Origin: Gaiellales bacterium | GTDB taxonomy: Bacteria; Actinomycetota; Thermoleophilia; Gaiellales; JAICJC01 | Assembly (NCBI GenBank): GCA_045806525.1 | Contig: JBJMJD010000009.1 | Location: 6,626-70,625, forward strand | Direction of reading: 5' to 3' | Length of the DNA stretch: 64,000 nucleotides | Shown: piece by piece, positions 27,432-36,670 of the stretch | Numbering within the stretch: the stretch's first letter is position 1 | How the letters are laid out: each line of letters opens with the position of its first letter | Notes under the pieces: model-generated | Database searches by the model: none | Seen by the model: the letters and a program-made list of their open reading frames with translations, nothing else | What the model was told of the DNA's origin: nothing | Program-made: the position numbers and the translations under genes

Positions 27432-28232
27432 TCAGCCACCGACGGGCGTCAGCATGTAGTGCACGGCCAGATTCGTGTGCTCGCCGAACGGGGCCATCGC
27501 CTCACGAACGCGCTGCTCGGACCAGATCGGATCGTCGGAGAACCAGGCGGCCACCGCCTTGCGCACAGCCAGATCGCCCGCCGCGACAACATCGCGGCGT
27601 CCCAGGCAACGCGCCAGCAGCCAGTCCGCCGTCCAGCGCCCGATCCCAGGCAGCCGCGTCACGTATGCGATCACTGCCTCGTTATCGAGGTGGGCAACAT
27701 CCAGATCGGCGTCTGCCAGTGCCGCGATCGACCGCATCTTCATCGCCGACAGCTTGAGGCCGGCCAGGTCGGCGCCGCGCACCTCCTGCTGCCGCGGGAA
27801 GCGCCACCACTCGAAGCCGTCATGGTCGATGCGCTGCCCCAGCCGTTGCACCAGCGCCGCACGCATCACCGCCGCCGCCCGCAGCGAGATCTGCTGCGCG
27901 GTGACCGCCGTCACCATCGCCTCGAACGGATCGGCCAGCAGCGGCGGCCGGAATCCGGGTGCGCGGGCTGCGAGCGCCGGGAACGCCCGCGCGAACCCGT
28001 CGATGTCGAAGCCCGCCCCGAGCAGGTGGGCCACCTCGTCGCGGTCGCGGTCGGTGTAGACGCCGTAGGCAGTCAGCCCGTGTGCCTCGATGCGAACGGG
28101 CAAGCCCGACCCGAGCACGCGATGCAGGCCGCCACCCTGCCAGCGGCTGGCCAGGTCGTCGCCGAACATCCGGAACCGGAAGGTCGAGCGCTCGAAGTCG
28201 TAGGGTGCCGGGACCGGCAACGGGAGCTTCAT
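27432..28232 (-). CDS. DNA-3-methyladenine glycosylase II (AlkA-like, HhH-GPD)
   Basis: 266 aa. Motifs FEAMVTAVTAQQISLRAA and HhH LPGIGRWTADWLLARCLGRRDVVAAGDLAVRKA. Confidence 0.8.
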   Translation of the reverse strand: MKLPLPVPAPYDFERSTFRFRMFGDDLASRWQGGGLHRVLGSGLPVRIEAHGLTAYGVYTDRDRDEVAHLLGAGFDIDGFARAFPALAARAPGFRPPLLADPFEAMVTAVTAQQISLRAAAVMRAALVQRLGQRIDHDGFEWWRFPRQQEVRGADLAGLKLSAMKMRSIAALADADLDVAHLDNEAVIAYVTRLPGIGRWTADWLLARCLGRRDVVAAGDLAVRKAVAAWFSDDPIWSEQRVREAMAPFGEHTNLAVHYMLTPVGG

Positions 28233-28246
28233 GCGAAGATTGTCCC

Positions 28247-29518
28247 ATGGCCCGGATCGCCATCATCGGAGGGGGCTCCGCCTACATGCCGGGGCTGGCG
28301 TTCAGCTTCGCCCGCGAGTCGCAGCGGTTCGCGGGCTCGACGCTGGTGCTGCACGACATCGACCCGGATGCGCTCGACGTGCAGACGCGCCTGACCGGCT
28401 CGATCCTGCGCGCGCACGCAGCAGCACCGCTCGAGGTGACCTCCACCCGAGAGCTGGGGCGCGCCCTGGACGGCGCCGACTTCGTTCTCACCAGCTTCCG
28501 GCCGGGCGGACTCGAGGCGCGCCACCGCGACGAGTCGATCCCGCCCCAGTACGGCGTGATCGGCCAGGAGACGACTGGTCCCGGCGGGCTGGCCATGGCC
28601 ATGCGGTCGATCCCTGCCGTGCTCGAGATCGCGGCCGGCATGCGCCGCGGCGCCGCCGACGGCGCGCTGCTCCTGAACTACACGAACCCGGTCCAGCTCG
28701 TGACCGATGCCCTCGTCCGCCATGGCGGAGTGAACGCGATCGGGCTGTGCGACCAGCACGGCGGCGAGATCGCCTTTCTGGCCGGCCTGCTCGGCGCCGA
28801 CCCGCACGACATGGAAACCGACATCTGGGGCACGAATCACCTCACGTGGACGCGCGCGGTCCGGCTGCGCGGCGAGGACGTGACCGGGCTCGTGTTCGAG
28901 CTGCTGGAGGCGCTCGACCCGGCCGACGTCGATGGCGACTACTGGGTGCCGGTCGTGCGGCTGTTCCCGCTGTACGGCCTGATTCCGAGCCGCTACCTGG
29001 GCTACTACGCCATGCATGACGAGATGCTGGAGCGCTACCGCCGCAGCGGCCGCACGCGCGCGCAGGAGATCTTGGCCGAGCTGCCGCCGATCCTCGCCAG
29101 CTACCGGGAGCAGGCAGACAGCGACGATCCGCGCCCGCTGGGCGGGCGCTTCAGCGCCGAGCACGGCGACTTCGCGGTGGGCGTGATGGCGGCTGTGCTG
29201 TCCGGCGAGCCGCGCCGGTTCGTGCTGAACGTGCCCAACCGGGGAGCCATCGACGGGCTGCCGGACGACGCGATCGTGGAGGTGCCGTGCACGCTGCGCG
29301 GCCTCGACATCGTGCGCCACCGCATGGGGCCGATGCCCGCGCAGGTGGCGGGCCTGGTGCTGCAGCTGACCGCGCATGCCCGGCTGGCCTCCGAGGCCGC
29401 CGTCACGGGCGATCGCCGGCTGGCGCTGCGAGCGATGATGGCGCACCCGTTGGTGAACGACATCACGGCCGCGGAGGAGATGCTTGACCGGCTGATCCCG
29501 GACGAAGCACCATCGTGA
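28247..29518 (+). CDS. Glycoside hydrolase family 4, second paralog
   Basis: ATG at 28247 within ORF 27959..29518. Motifs MARIAIIGGGSAYMPGL, VIGQETTGPGGLAMAMRSIPA, GLCDQH. Confidence 0.85.
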   Translation: MARIAIIGGGSAYMPGLAFSFARESQRFAGSTLVLHDIDPDALDVQTRLTGSILRAHAAAPLEVTSTRELGRALDGADFVLTSFRPGGLEARHRDESIPPQYGVIGQETTGPGGLAMAMRSIPAVLEIAAGMRRGAADGALLLNYTNPVQLVTDALVRHGGVNAIGLCDQHGGEIAFLAGLLGADPHDMETDIWGTNHLTWTRAVRLRGEDVTGLVFELLEALDPADVDGDYWVPVVRLFPLYGLIPSRYLGYYAMHDEMLERYRRSGRTRAQEILAELPPILASYREQADSDDPRPLGGRFSAEHGDFAVGVMAAVLSGEPRRFVLNVPNRGAIDGLPDDAIVEVPCTLRGLDIVRHRMGPMPAQVAGLVLQLTAHARLASEAAVTGDRRLALRAMMAHPLVNDITAAEEMLDRLIPDEAPS

Positions 29519-30236
29519 CCATCTCGAGCGGCGCGCCGGCGAACGCGGCATCGAGCGACGTCTGGTCGGGGTACGTACCCTCGAGCAACCGTGCCTCGAC
29601 CTGCAGCCGCAGCGCTGCCCCGGCGAGCGGCCAGGGCGTAAGCGCCGCCTGCGTGCGCGCATCGTCGTCCCAGCGCAGGTCGAGATCGGCCGGCTCGCCG
29701 TCGGTGGGGACGGCGGTGAACGCCGCCTGCTGGTCGGCGCCGGTGCAGAGGAACAGCGACAGCCAGTCCCAGCAGCGCAGCAGCGTCGCGTTGAGTGCGA
29801 CGTTTGCCGCATCCGCGCCGAGCGACTCGCGCAGCCGCTTCTGGAACGCGTACTCGCCGGCGAGGTATCCGCGCACCGGCTCAGCCGCCCGCTCCTGCTC
29901 AGAGACGTAGCGTTCGTAGAGGCCGGTGCCGTGCATCGACACCAGCAGCGCCGCATAGCCGCTCTGGGCCACCATCAGCCGCGCCGCCCGGCTCCACAGC
30001 TCAACGTGCGTCGCGCGCGGCATCGACGTGAACGAGTAGGGGAGACCCGAGCGCGGGTCGAGCACCGGCGCCGCGTCCCAGGCGGCCATGCCGATATCGT
30101 GCTGCAGCGCCGCCAGGCGCACCGCGTCGGGCGGCTCGAAACGCCAGGCCCAGGCTTCGGCCAGGCGGCCGGACAGCCACGCGTGCGCCGGCTGTCCGAT
30201 CGCCAGCGTCCCGCGCGGATCGGGCCGCAGGATCAC
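29463..30236 (-). CDS. HD-domain-like hypothetical protein
   Basis: GTG at 30236 overlaps the upstream GNAT stop (GTGA). Motif QPAHAW...LAALQHDIGMAAWD resembles the H...HD signature of HD-superfamily hydrolases. Its 3' end overlaps the convergent GH4 gene by 56 nt. Confidence 0.45.
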   Translation of the reverse strand: MILRPDPRGTLAIGQPAHAWLSGRLAEAWAWRFEPPDAVRLAALQHDIGMAAWDAAPVLDPRSGLPYSFTSMPRATHVELWSRAARLMVAQSGYAALLVSMHGTGLYERYVSEQERAAEPVRGYLAGEYAFQKRLRESLGADAANVALNATLLRCWDWLSLFLCTGADQQAAFTAVPTDGEPADLDLRWDDDARTQAALTPWPLAGAALRLQVEARLLEGTYPDQTSLDAAFAGAPLEMVTMVLRPGSAGQASPPRP

Positions 30237-30769
30237 GCCTCTCCCGGCAGCAGTGAGAACACGACGTGATCGCGGGCGACCCCGCGCGCCAGCATGCCGG
30301 ATCGCATCACGCCCTCGCGGGTGAAGCCGGCCCGTTCGGCCACGGCCTGGGAGGCCGTGTTGTCGACATCGGCCATCAGGTGCAGGCGGCCGATCGGCCA
30401 TTCCCGCAACGTCCATCGCGCCAGCAACCGCAGCGCGCGGGTGGCGGCGCCGCGGCCGCGTGCCTCCGGAGCCAGCCAGTAGCCGATCTCGGCCATGCCC
30501 GCGTCCCACGGCTTGAGGGCCACGCCCACCGCTCCCAACAGCGCGCCGGTGGCCCGGTCTGTGACGGCCAGGTTCAGCTCGCCCGCCGTCACGGTGCGGG
30601 CCACGAATGCGCGGGCGTCCTCGGGCATGTAGGGGATCGGGATCACGGGGATGAAACGCCGTACGCCCGGGTCGTTGCAGCAGCGCACCAGCTCCTCGAC
30701 GTCCGCCTCTGTCCACGGGCGCAGCGCCACGGCCTGATCCACCAGCGGCGGGTCGGGAGCTGCGTTCAC
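30233..30769 (-). CDS. GNAT-family N-acetyltransferase (RimJ/RimL-like)
   Basis: 178 aa. Motifs IGYWLAPEARGRGAATRALRLLARW and NTASQAVAERAGFTREG. Confidence 0.8.
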   Translation of the reverse strand: MNAAPDPPLVDQAVALRPWTEADVEELVRCCNDPGVRRFIPVIPIPYMPEDARAFVARTVTAGELNLAVTDRATGALLGAVGVALKPWDAGMAEIGYWLAPEARGRGAATRALRLLARWTLREWPIGRLHLMADVDNTASQAVAERAGFTREGVMRSGMLARGVARDHVVFSLLPGEA

Positions 30770-31311
30770 GATCGATCACCCGGCAGCAGCGAGAACATGA
30801 CGGCGTCGCGTCGCTCGCCGCGCAGGTCATACCAGTTGCGAAGCGTCCCCTCCGGTACGAAACCGGCTCGCTCGGCGACCCGCATCGAGGCCGGGTTGTC
30901 GACGTCGGTGAACAGCTGCAGTCGGATCAGTGGAAGCGTCGCCAGCGCCCAGCGCGACAGCAGCACCAGCGCTTTGGAGGCCAGGCCGCTGCCCCGGGCC
31001 TCGGGCGCCACCCAGTAGCCTGTCTGGGCGATGCCCGCGGCAATCGTTCGCAGGCCGATCGAGCCGCGCAGCGCCGCATCTGCGGCGTCGCCGATCACGA
31101 GCGTCGCCGAGCCCTGGTCGAGCCGCTGCTGGGCCGCGCCGATGAAGGCGATCGCGTCGTCCTCGGTGTAGGGCATCGGCAGCGTCGGGATGAACCTGCG
31201 GATCTGCTCCTCGTTGCAGCAGCGCACGGCGTCCGGCACGTCCTGCATCGACCATGGCCGAAGCGCGATGACGCCGTCCGAGAGCGGGGGATCCGGGTAG
31301 CCCAGAGCCAT
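30766..31311 (-). CDS. GNAT-family N-acetyltransferase (tandem paralog)
   Basis: 181 aa and collinear with the neighbouring GNAT: ALRPW...VRCCN...RRFIP..P.PY; TGYWVAPEARGSGLASKAL; NPASMRVAERAGFVPEG. Confidence 0.8.
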   Translation of the reverse strand: MALGYPDPPLSDGVIALRPWSMQDVPDAVRCCNEEQIRRFIPTLPMPYTEDDAIAFIGAAQQRLDQGSATLVIGDAADAALRGSIGLRTIAAGIAQTGYWVAPEARGSGLASKALVLLSRWALATLPLIRLQLFTDVDNPASMRVAERAGFVPEGTLRNWYDLRGERRDAVMFSLLPGDRS

Positions 31312-31333
31312 CCACCTAGCCTAGCCCCGCTGC

Positions 31334-31621
31334 TCAGCGTGCCCGCGCGAACCGTTCCACCGCGTGCAGCAGCTCCTGCGTCTTTGCCTCCGCAGCCTGC
31401 GGGTCACCGGAGCGCATCGCATCGCTGACGCAGTGGTTGACGTGGCCGTCCAGCACCCGCAGCCCGACCTTCTCGAGCGCCGTCGAGACGGCGCTGATCT
31501 GGTCGAGGATGTCGATGCAGTAGCGGTCGTCCTCGACCATCCGCTCGATCCCGCGCACCTGGCCCTCGATCCGGTGCAGCCGCTTCGTGATCGCGTCCTT
31601 CTCCCCGCTGTATCCCTGCAT
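31334..31621 (-). CDS. csoR: CsoR-family metal-sensing transcriptional repressor
   Basis: 95 aa. Motif RLHRIEGQVRGIERMVEDDRYCIDILDQISAV...H..HC carries the C-H-C ligand pattern. Its ATG shares one nt with the copA stop. Confidence 0.85.
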   Translation of the reverse strand: MQGYSGEKDAITKRLHRIEGQVRGIERMVEDDRYCIDILDQISAVSTALEKVGLRVLDGHVNHCVSDAMRSGDPQAAEAKTQELLHAVERFARAR

Positions 31622-33810
31622 CAGACCGGCTCCTCTCTGCGGCTGCGGAAGCTCCGCAGCCGCAGGCTGTTGGTAACGACGAACAGGCTCGAGCAGGCCA
31701 TGGCGGCCGCGGCGAGCATCGGGTTCAGCAGGCCGGCGAAGGCCAGCGGTATCAGAACCACGTTGTAGGCGAACGCCCAGAACAGGTTGCCCTTGATCAC
31801 GGCCAGCGTGCGCCGCGCCAGCCGGATCGCGTCGCCGGCCGCGCGCAGGTCGCCCGACACGAGCGTCAGGTCGCCGGCCTCGACGGCCACCTCGGTGCCG
31901 GTGCCCATGGCCAGGCCGAGGTCGGCCTGGGCCAGCGCCGGGGCATCGTTGACGCCGTCTCCAACCATGGCAACGACCGCGCCCGCATCCTGCAGGCGCC
32001 GCACCTCGGTCGCCTTGTCCTGCGGCAGCACGCCGGCCCGGTAGCGATCGATGCCGACGCTGCTGGCCACCGCCGCAACCGCCCGGTCGTTGTCCCCGCT
32101 GAGCAGGAACGGCTCCAGTCCCAGCTGGCGCAGCTGCATGATCGCCTCGGCGGCTTCGGGCTTGACCGCGTCGATCAGCCGGATCCTGCCGATCGGCCTG
32201 CCGTCACACGTCACGGCGGCAACGGTGCCATCCTCGTCCACGGCCTCCGGCACGTCGCTTCCCCGTCCGACCATGATCGTGTGGCCGTCCACCTTCGCCT
32301 CGGCGCCTTGCCCGGGCAGGGTGCGCGCCTCGGTCGCGGCCGGCAGCGGGCCGGCGGCACCGGCATGCCGTGCGATGGCGCGCGACACCGGGTGGTCGCT
32401 TGCGGCGGCGGCTGCGCCGGCCAGCCGCAGCAGCTGTGCGACGGCGACGTCGCCGGTTGCGGTCACCTCGGCCACACGCATGTGGCCGGTCGTGACGGTG
32501 CCGGTCTTGTCGAGCACGATCATCGTCACGCGCCGCGTCTGCTCGAGCACCTCGGGGCCCTTGATCAGCACACCCAGCTGGGCGCCGCGCCCCGTGCCGA
32601 CCAGCAGCGCGGTGGGTGTGGCAAGACCCAGCGCGCACGGGCAGGCCACCACCAGCACGGCCACCGCGGCGCCGAAGGCCTCTGCGGCGCCGGCGCCGTT
32701 CAGCAGCCAGAACGCCAGCGCTGCGGCGGACAGCACGATCACGACCGGGACGAACACCGCGGATACGCGGTCGGCCAGCCGCTGGGCGTCGGCCTTGCCG
32801 CCCTGGGCTGCGAAGACCATGCGGCCGATGCGGGCGACCATCGTGTCAGAGCCGACCGCGGTCGCCCGGATGACCAGCCGCCCCTCACCGTTCACGGTGG
32901 AGCCGGTGACGCTGTCGCCGGGGGCCACGTCGACGGGCACGCTCTCACCGGTCAGGAGCGAGCGGTCGATCGCTGACCGTCCGTCCAGCACCAGCCCGTC
33001 GGTGGCGACGCGCTCACCCGGCCGCACCACGAAGGTATCTCCCACCACCAGCTGTGCGGTCGGCACACGCCGTTCGCGCCCGTCCGCGAGCAGCGTCGCC
33101 TCCGGCGCCCCCAGCTCCAGCAGCGCTCGCAGCGCAGCTCCCGCCTGGCGCTTCGCCCGCGCCTCGAAGAACCGGCCGGCCAGCACCAGGGTCGTGACCA
33201 CCGCCGCCACCTCCAGGTACAGGTCCTCACCGGGAGAGCCGCCCGTCTGCAGCGACCAGGCGATGGACATGCGGTAGTGGAGCCCGCCTGCGTCGAGGAA
33301 CAGGATCGCGACCGCCGACCACGCCCATGCCGCCAGGGTGCCGATCGAGACCAGCGTGTCCATCGTGGCTGCGCCGTGGCGAAGGGCGCTCAGCGCCGCG
33401 CGGTGGAACTCGGCGCCGCCCCAGAACACGACCACCGTCGTCAGCGCAAACGAGATCCACTGCCAGCCGTCGAACTGTAGCGACGGCACCATCGCGAGCA
33501 GCAGCACCGGCAGGGAAAGCCCCGCCGACACGGCCAGGCGCACGCCGACGCGGCGGTCGCTCGCGGGCGGTAGCGGGGTCATGTCGGCGCCGGGCAGCTG
33601 CGCCCGGTAGCCGGTCTCCTCGATGGTGCGCAGGATCAGCCGCGGTCCGGCACGGCCGGGGTCGAAATCGACCGCCGCCCGCTCGGTGGCGAAGTTGACG
33701 GTGGCGTGGACGCCGTCCAGGCCGTTCAGCCGGCGCTCGATGCGGCCGGCGCAGGACGCGCAGCTCATGCCCTCGACGGGCAGCTCGAGGTGCTCGCGCG
33801 TTGCAGGCAT
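31621..33810 (-). CDS. copA: Copper-translocating P1B-type ATPase
   Basis: 729 aa. N-terminal metal-binding domain GMSCASCAGRIE, TM CPC motif VVACPCALGLATP, phosphorylation site DKTGT, and hinge MVGDGVNDAPAL. Confidence 0.95.
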   Translation of the reverse strand: MPATREHLELPVEGMSCASCAGRIERRLNGLDGVHATVNFATERAAVDFDPGRAGPRLILRTIEETGYRAQLPGADMTPLPPASDRRVGVRLAVSAGLSLPVLLLAMVPSLQFDGWQWISFALTTVVVFWGGAEFHRAALSALRHGAATMDTLVSIGTLAAWAWSAVAILFLDAGGLHYRMSIAWSLQTGGSPGEDLYLEVAAVVTTLVLAGRFFEARAKRQAGAALRALLELGAPEATLLADGRERRVPTAQLVVGDTFVVRPGERVATDGLVLDGRSAIDRSLLTGESVPVDVAPGDSVTGSTVNGEGRLVIRATAVGSDTMVARIGRMVFAAQGGKADAQRLADRVSAVFVPVVIVLSAAALAFWLLNGAGAAEAFGAAVAVLVVACPCALGLATPTALLVGTGRGAQLGVLIKGPEVLEQTRRVTMIVLDKTGTVTTGHMRVAEVTATGDVAVAQLLRLAGAAAAASDHPVSRAIARHAGAAGPLPAATEARTLPGQGAEAKVDGHTIMVGRGSDVPEAVDEDGTVAAVTCDGRPIGRIRLIDAVKPEAAEAIMQLRQLGLEPFLLSGDNDRAVAAVASSVGIDRYRAGVLPQDKATEVRRLQDAGAVVAMVGDGVNDAPALAQADLGLAMGTGTEVAVEAGDLTLVSGDLRAAGDAIRLARRTLAVIKGNLFWAFAYNVVLIPLAFAGLLNPMLAAAAMACSSLFVVTNSLRLRSFRSRREEPV

Positions 33811-33824
33811 GCGCCCAGCCTAGC

Positions 33825-33841
33825 ATACCCCCAAGGGGTAT
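33825..33841. promoter_or_regulatory. CsoR-type operator (ATACCCC-N3-GGGGTAT)
   Basis: ATACCCCCAAGGGGTAT is a 7-bp perfect inverted repeat 15 nt upstream of the copA start. It matches the GC-tract inverted repeat described for CsoR operators. Confidence 0.7.
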
Positions 33842-34603
33842 CTAGGAGGGGTCTGCGACTGCCGCCGCCAGCTCCAGCAGGTGCTCGGACTCGGGCACAG
33901 GCGGCCCCAGCTCGCGGTAGAGGCCGGGCGCACGCGACAGCTCGACCAGCCCGGCCCACGCCAGGTCCTGGTCACGGTCGTCGCGCAGCGTCTCCAGCAC
34001 CGCCAGCGACCGTTCCAACGTGCGCCGGCAGAACGTCAGCCAGACCATGCCGTGCTCGCGCCGCTGCGGCTCGGCGGGCACCTCGCCGCCGTCCGCCTGG
34101 CGCAGGTGCGCGGTGCAGGAGTCGGCCAGCATCTGCACGGCCTGATCGGCGTCCTCCGTCTCCGGATCGGGCGCTGTCTGAGAAGCGTGCGCGACCTCCA
34201 GCAGCTCGTCCGCCACGACGAACAGCGCGGCCGAGACGCCATCCACCTGCTCCAGGAAGCCGGCATGCAGGCCGCGTTCGGCCGGGGTTGGTGCGGTCGC
34301 AGGACGCACCCCGTCGCGGTCGAGCCTGATGTAGCCGCCGGCGTCGACTCCGATGTGCGACAGCAGGTCGGCGAACACCAGCGCCTGCACCGCGTCCTGC
34401 AGCCCGTGCACGACCTCGATCGAGACAGCGTCGCGCTCGTGCGCAAGCGCGGCGGCTGTCATTCGGTCGTTCACGAAACGGGACAGCTTCCGCAGCGTTT
34501 GCAGTCGCGGCGACGGCGGCGATGCGTCCAGGCGCCCGGCCGCGCCGTGCGTGCGGGCGCACAGCGACAGCAGGTCGTCGGCGGTCAGTTGCTCAGAGGG
34601 CAT
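33842..34603 (-). CDS. Hypothetical protein
   Basis: ATG at 34603 within ORF 33842..34690; the start is uncertain. No motif recognised. The stop codon abuts the copA operator. Confidence 0.4.
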   Translation of the reverse strand: MPSEQLTADDLLSLCARTHGAAGRLDASPPSPRLQTLRKLSRFVNDRMTAAALAHERDAVSIEVVHGLQDAVQALVFADLLSHIGVDAGGYIRLDRDGVRPATAPTPAERGLHAGFLEQVDGVSAALFVVADELLEVAHASQTAPDPETEDADQAVQMLADSCTAHLRQADGGEVPAEPQRREHGMVWLTFCRRTLERSLAVLETLRDDRDQDLAWAGLVELSRAPGLYRELGPPVPESEHLLELAAAVADPS

Positions 34604-34658
34604 GCCGCCAGGGTACACCTGCGGCGGGCGTTCTGACCGCGCGGCTACCCTCTTGCCC

Positions 34659-35552
34659 GTGCGCCGAACACCGGACTCCGCGGATGCCATGCTGGTGTTC
34701 GCGAACGTCCTCTGGTCGTTGAACTACGCGACCACCAAGTACGCCTTCGGCGAGTGGCTGCCGCTGGCATTCTCGGCCACGCGCTTTCTCTGCGCGGGCA
34801 TCATCTTCGCCCTGTTCGTGCTGTGGCGCGAGGGCAGCCTGCGCATCCGGCGCTCGGACGTGAAGCTGGTGCTGGCCACCGCGGCCGTGGGCATCCTGCT
34901 CAACCAGCTCACGTTCAACTACGCGGTCGACAAGACGACCGCCGGCAACACCGCGCTGATCCTGGCCTCCGCGCCCGCGTTCGCGGCGCTGTTCGCCTCG
35001 CTCGCCGGGCACGAGCACGTGCAGCGCAAGCACTGGCTGGCGTTGGCCGTGTCGGTGGCCGGCGTGGTGCTGGTGATCCAGGGCGGCTCCGGCGTGGCCG
35101 GCGTCAGCCTGGTCGGCGACCTGCTGGCGGTGGGCGCCGCCATCACCTGGGCCGCCTACTCCGTGATGCTGCGGCCGCTGTTCGGACGCTACTCGGCGGC
35201 ACGCATCAGCGCGCTGATGGTGTCGATCGGCGGGGTCATGATCCTGCCCTTCGGCCTGCCCCAGATGCACGAGCAGGACTGGGCCGGTCTCAGCGGGCTG
35301 CACTGGGCCGCCTGGGGCTACTCCACGATCTTCCCGGTGCTCGTGACCAACCTGCTCTACTTCCGCGCGCTCCGCACGATCGGCGCCTCGCGGGCCACGC
35401 TCTACATGTACCTGCAGCCGTTCCTGGGCGCGCTGTTCGCCGCCTGGCTGCTGGGCGAGCAGGTCACCGGCCTGCAGATCCTGGGCGGCGCCGTGATCGT
35501 GGGCGGGGTCTCCATGGGCCGGCTGATGCCGGGCGCGACGGTGCGCGAGTGA
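34659..35552 (+). CDS. EamA/DMT-family transporter
   Basis: GTG at 34659 or ATG at 34689. Product MLVFANVLWSLNYATTKYAF... has 10 predicted TM helices. Confidence 0.75.
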   Translation: MRRTPDSADAMLVFANVLWSLNYATTKYAFGEWLPLAFSATRFLCAGIIFALFVLWREGSLRIRRSDVKLVLATAAVGILLNQLTFNYAVDKTTAGNTALILASAPAFAALFASLAGHEHVQRKHWLALAVSVAGVVLVIQGGSGVAGVSLVGDLLAVGAAITWAAYSVMLRPLFGRYSAARISALMVSIGGVMILPFGLPQMHEQDWAGLSGLHWAAWGYSTIFPVLVTNLLYFRALRTIGASRATLYMYLQPFLGALFAAWLLGEQVTGLQILGGAVIVGGVSMGRLMPGATVRE

Positions 35553-36670
35553 CGGGCCGGCGCGCGACGCTGCCTCTGTACCTGGGCGGCTTCCTGGGCC
35601 CGTTCGGCGGCGCCGTGCTGGCCGTGCTGATCCCCGAGCTGCGCGACGCCTTCCACGCGACCACCGATCAGGTGGCGCTGGCGGTGCCGGCCTACCTCGT
35701 GCCGTTCGCGCTGCTGCAGATCGTGTCGGGCACGATCGGCGAGCGGATCGGCCGCCGCCGGGCCGTGCGCGCGGCCTACCTGGTGTACGCGGTGGCCCTG
35801 CTGCTGGCCGCGGTGGCGCCCACGATCGGGGTATTCCTGGTGTCGCGCGGGCTGCAGGGAACGGCCAACGCGTTCACGACGCCGCTGCTGCTGGCAGGGC
35901 TGGCCGACGCGGTGCCGGCCGGCGAGCGCGGCCGCGCGGTCGGCATGTTCGCAGGCGTACAGGCCGGCGGCTTGTCGCTGGCGCCGCTGCTGGGCGGCCT
36001 GGCCGCCGAGGGCAGCTGGCGGCTTGCATTCATCCTGCCGGCCCTGGTGTCGCTCGGGCTGATGCTGATGCCGCCGCCCGACCCGATCCGGGCCGTTGGT
36101 GAGCAGCTGCCGACGCTGCGGTCGGTGGCCACGCCGCGGATGGGCCTGCTGTGCGCCGCCGGCTTCGCGGGCTACCTGGGCATGGCCGGCCTCGCCCTCC
36201 TGATCTCGCTGCGCGCCGACGACGCGTTCGCGTTGGGTGCCACCGGCCGTGGCGCGGTGCTGGCCGTCTATGGGGCGGCCGGCCTCCTGTTCGGGCGGCT
36301 GGGCGGGCTCGGGTCGGAGCGGCTGGGCCCGGCCCGTGCCGCCGTGCTGGCAGCGATCGGCTGCGCCGCGATGATCGCGCCGCTCGGGATCGCTCCGTCG
36401 GTCGGGGCGACGGCGCTGCTGTGGTTTGCAGCAGGTGCTGTGTCGGCGCTTCTCTGGGCGGCCCTGAACACGATCGCCGTGGAAGCCGTACCGGCCAACC
36501 GAGGCGGCGCCGTGTCGCTGTTCGCCGCGTTCAAGTTCTCCGGCACGGCGGTGGCGCCGCTGGCGTGGCTACCCGTCTATGACGCCTCGCCGGGCCTGGC
36601 CTTCCTGGCCGCCGGGATCGTGCTGCTGGCGATCGTGCCGCTGGCGCCGTGGTCGCTGCGCGTGCCCTAG
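35549..36670 (+). CDS. MFS transporter
   Basis: GTG at 35549 overlaps the upstream stop (GTGA). Contains the MFS loop motif GTIGERIGRRRA. About 12 TM helices. Confidence 0.75.
   Translation: MTGRRATLPLYLGGFLGPFGGAVLAVLIPELRDAFHATTDQVALAVPAYLVPFALLQIVSGTIGERIGRRRAVRAAYLVYAVALLLAAVAPTIGVFLVSRGLQGTANAFTTPLLLAGLADAVPAGERGRAVGMFAGVQAGGLSLAPLLGGLAAEGSWRLAFILPALVSLGLMLMPPPDPIRAVGEQLPTLRSVATPRMGLLCAAGFAGYLGMAGLALLISLRADDAFALGATGRGAVLAVYGAAGLLFGRLGGLGSERLGPARAAVLAAIGCAAMIAPLGIAPSVGATALLWFAAGAVSALLWAALNTIAVEAVPANRGGAVSLFAAFKFSGTAVAPLAWLPVYDASPGLAFLAAGIVLLAIVPLAPWSLRVP

Noticed and set aside
31334-33846. copA-csoR as a horizontally acquired metal-resistance island
   Set aside because: There are no flanking transposase or integrase genes or repeats. 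By eye its composition is like the neighbouring genes. It looks like a resident chromosomal operon.
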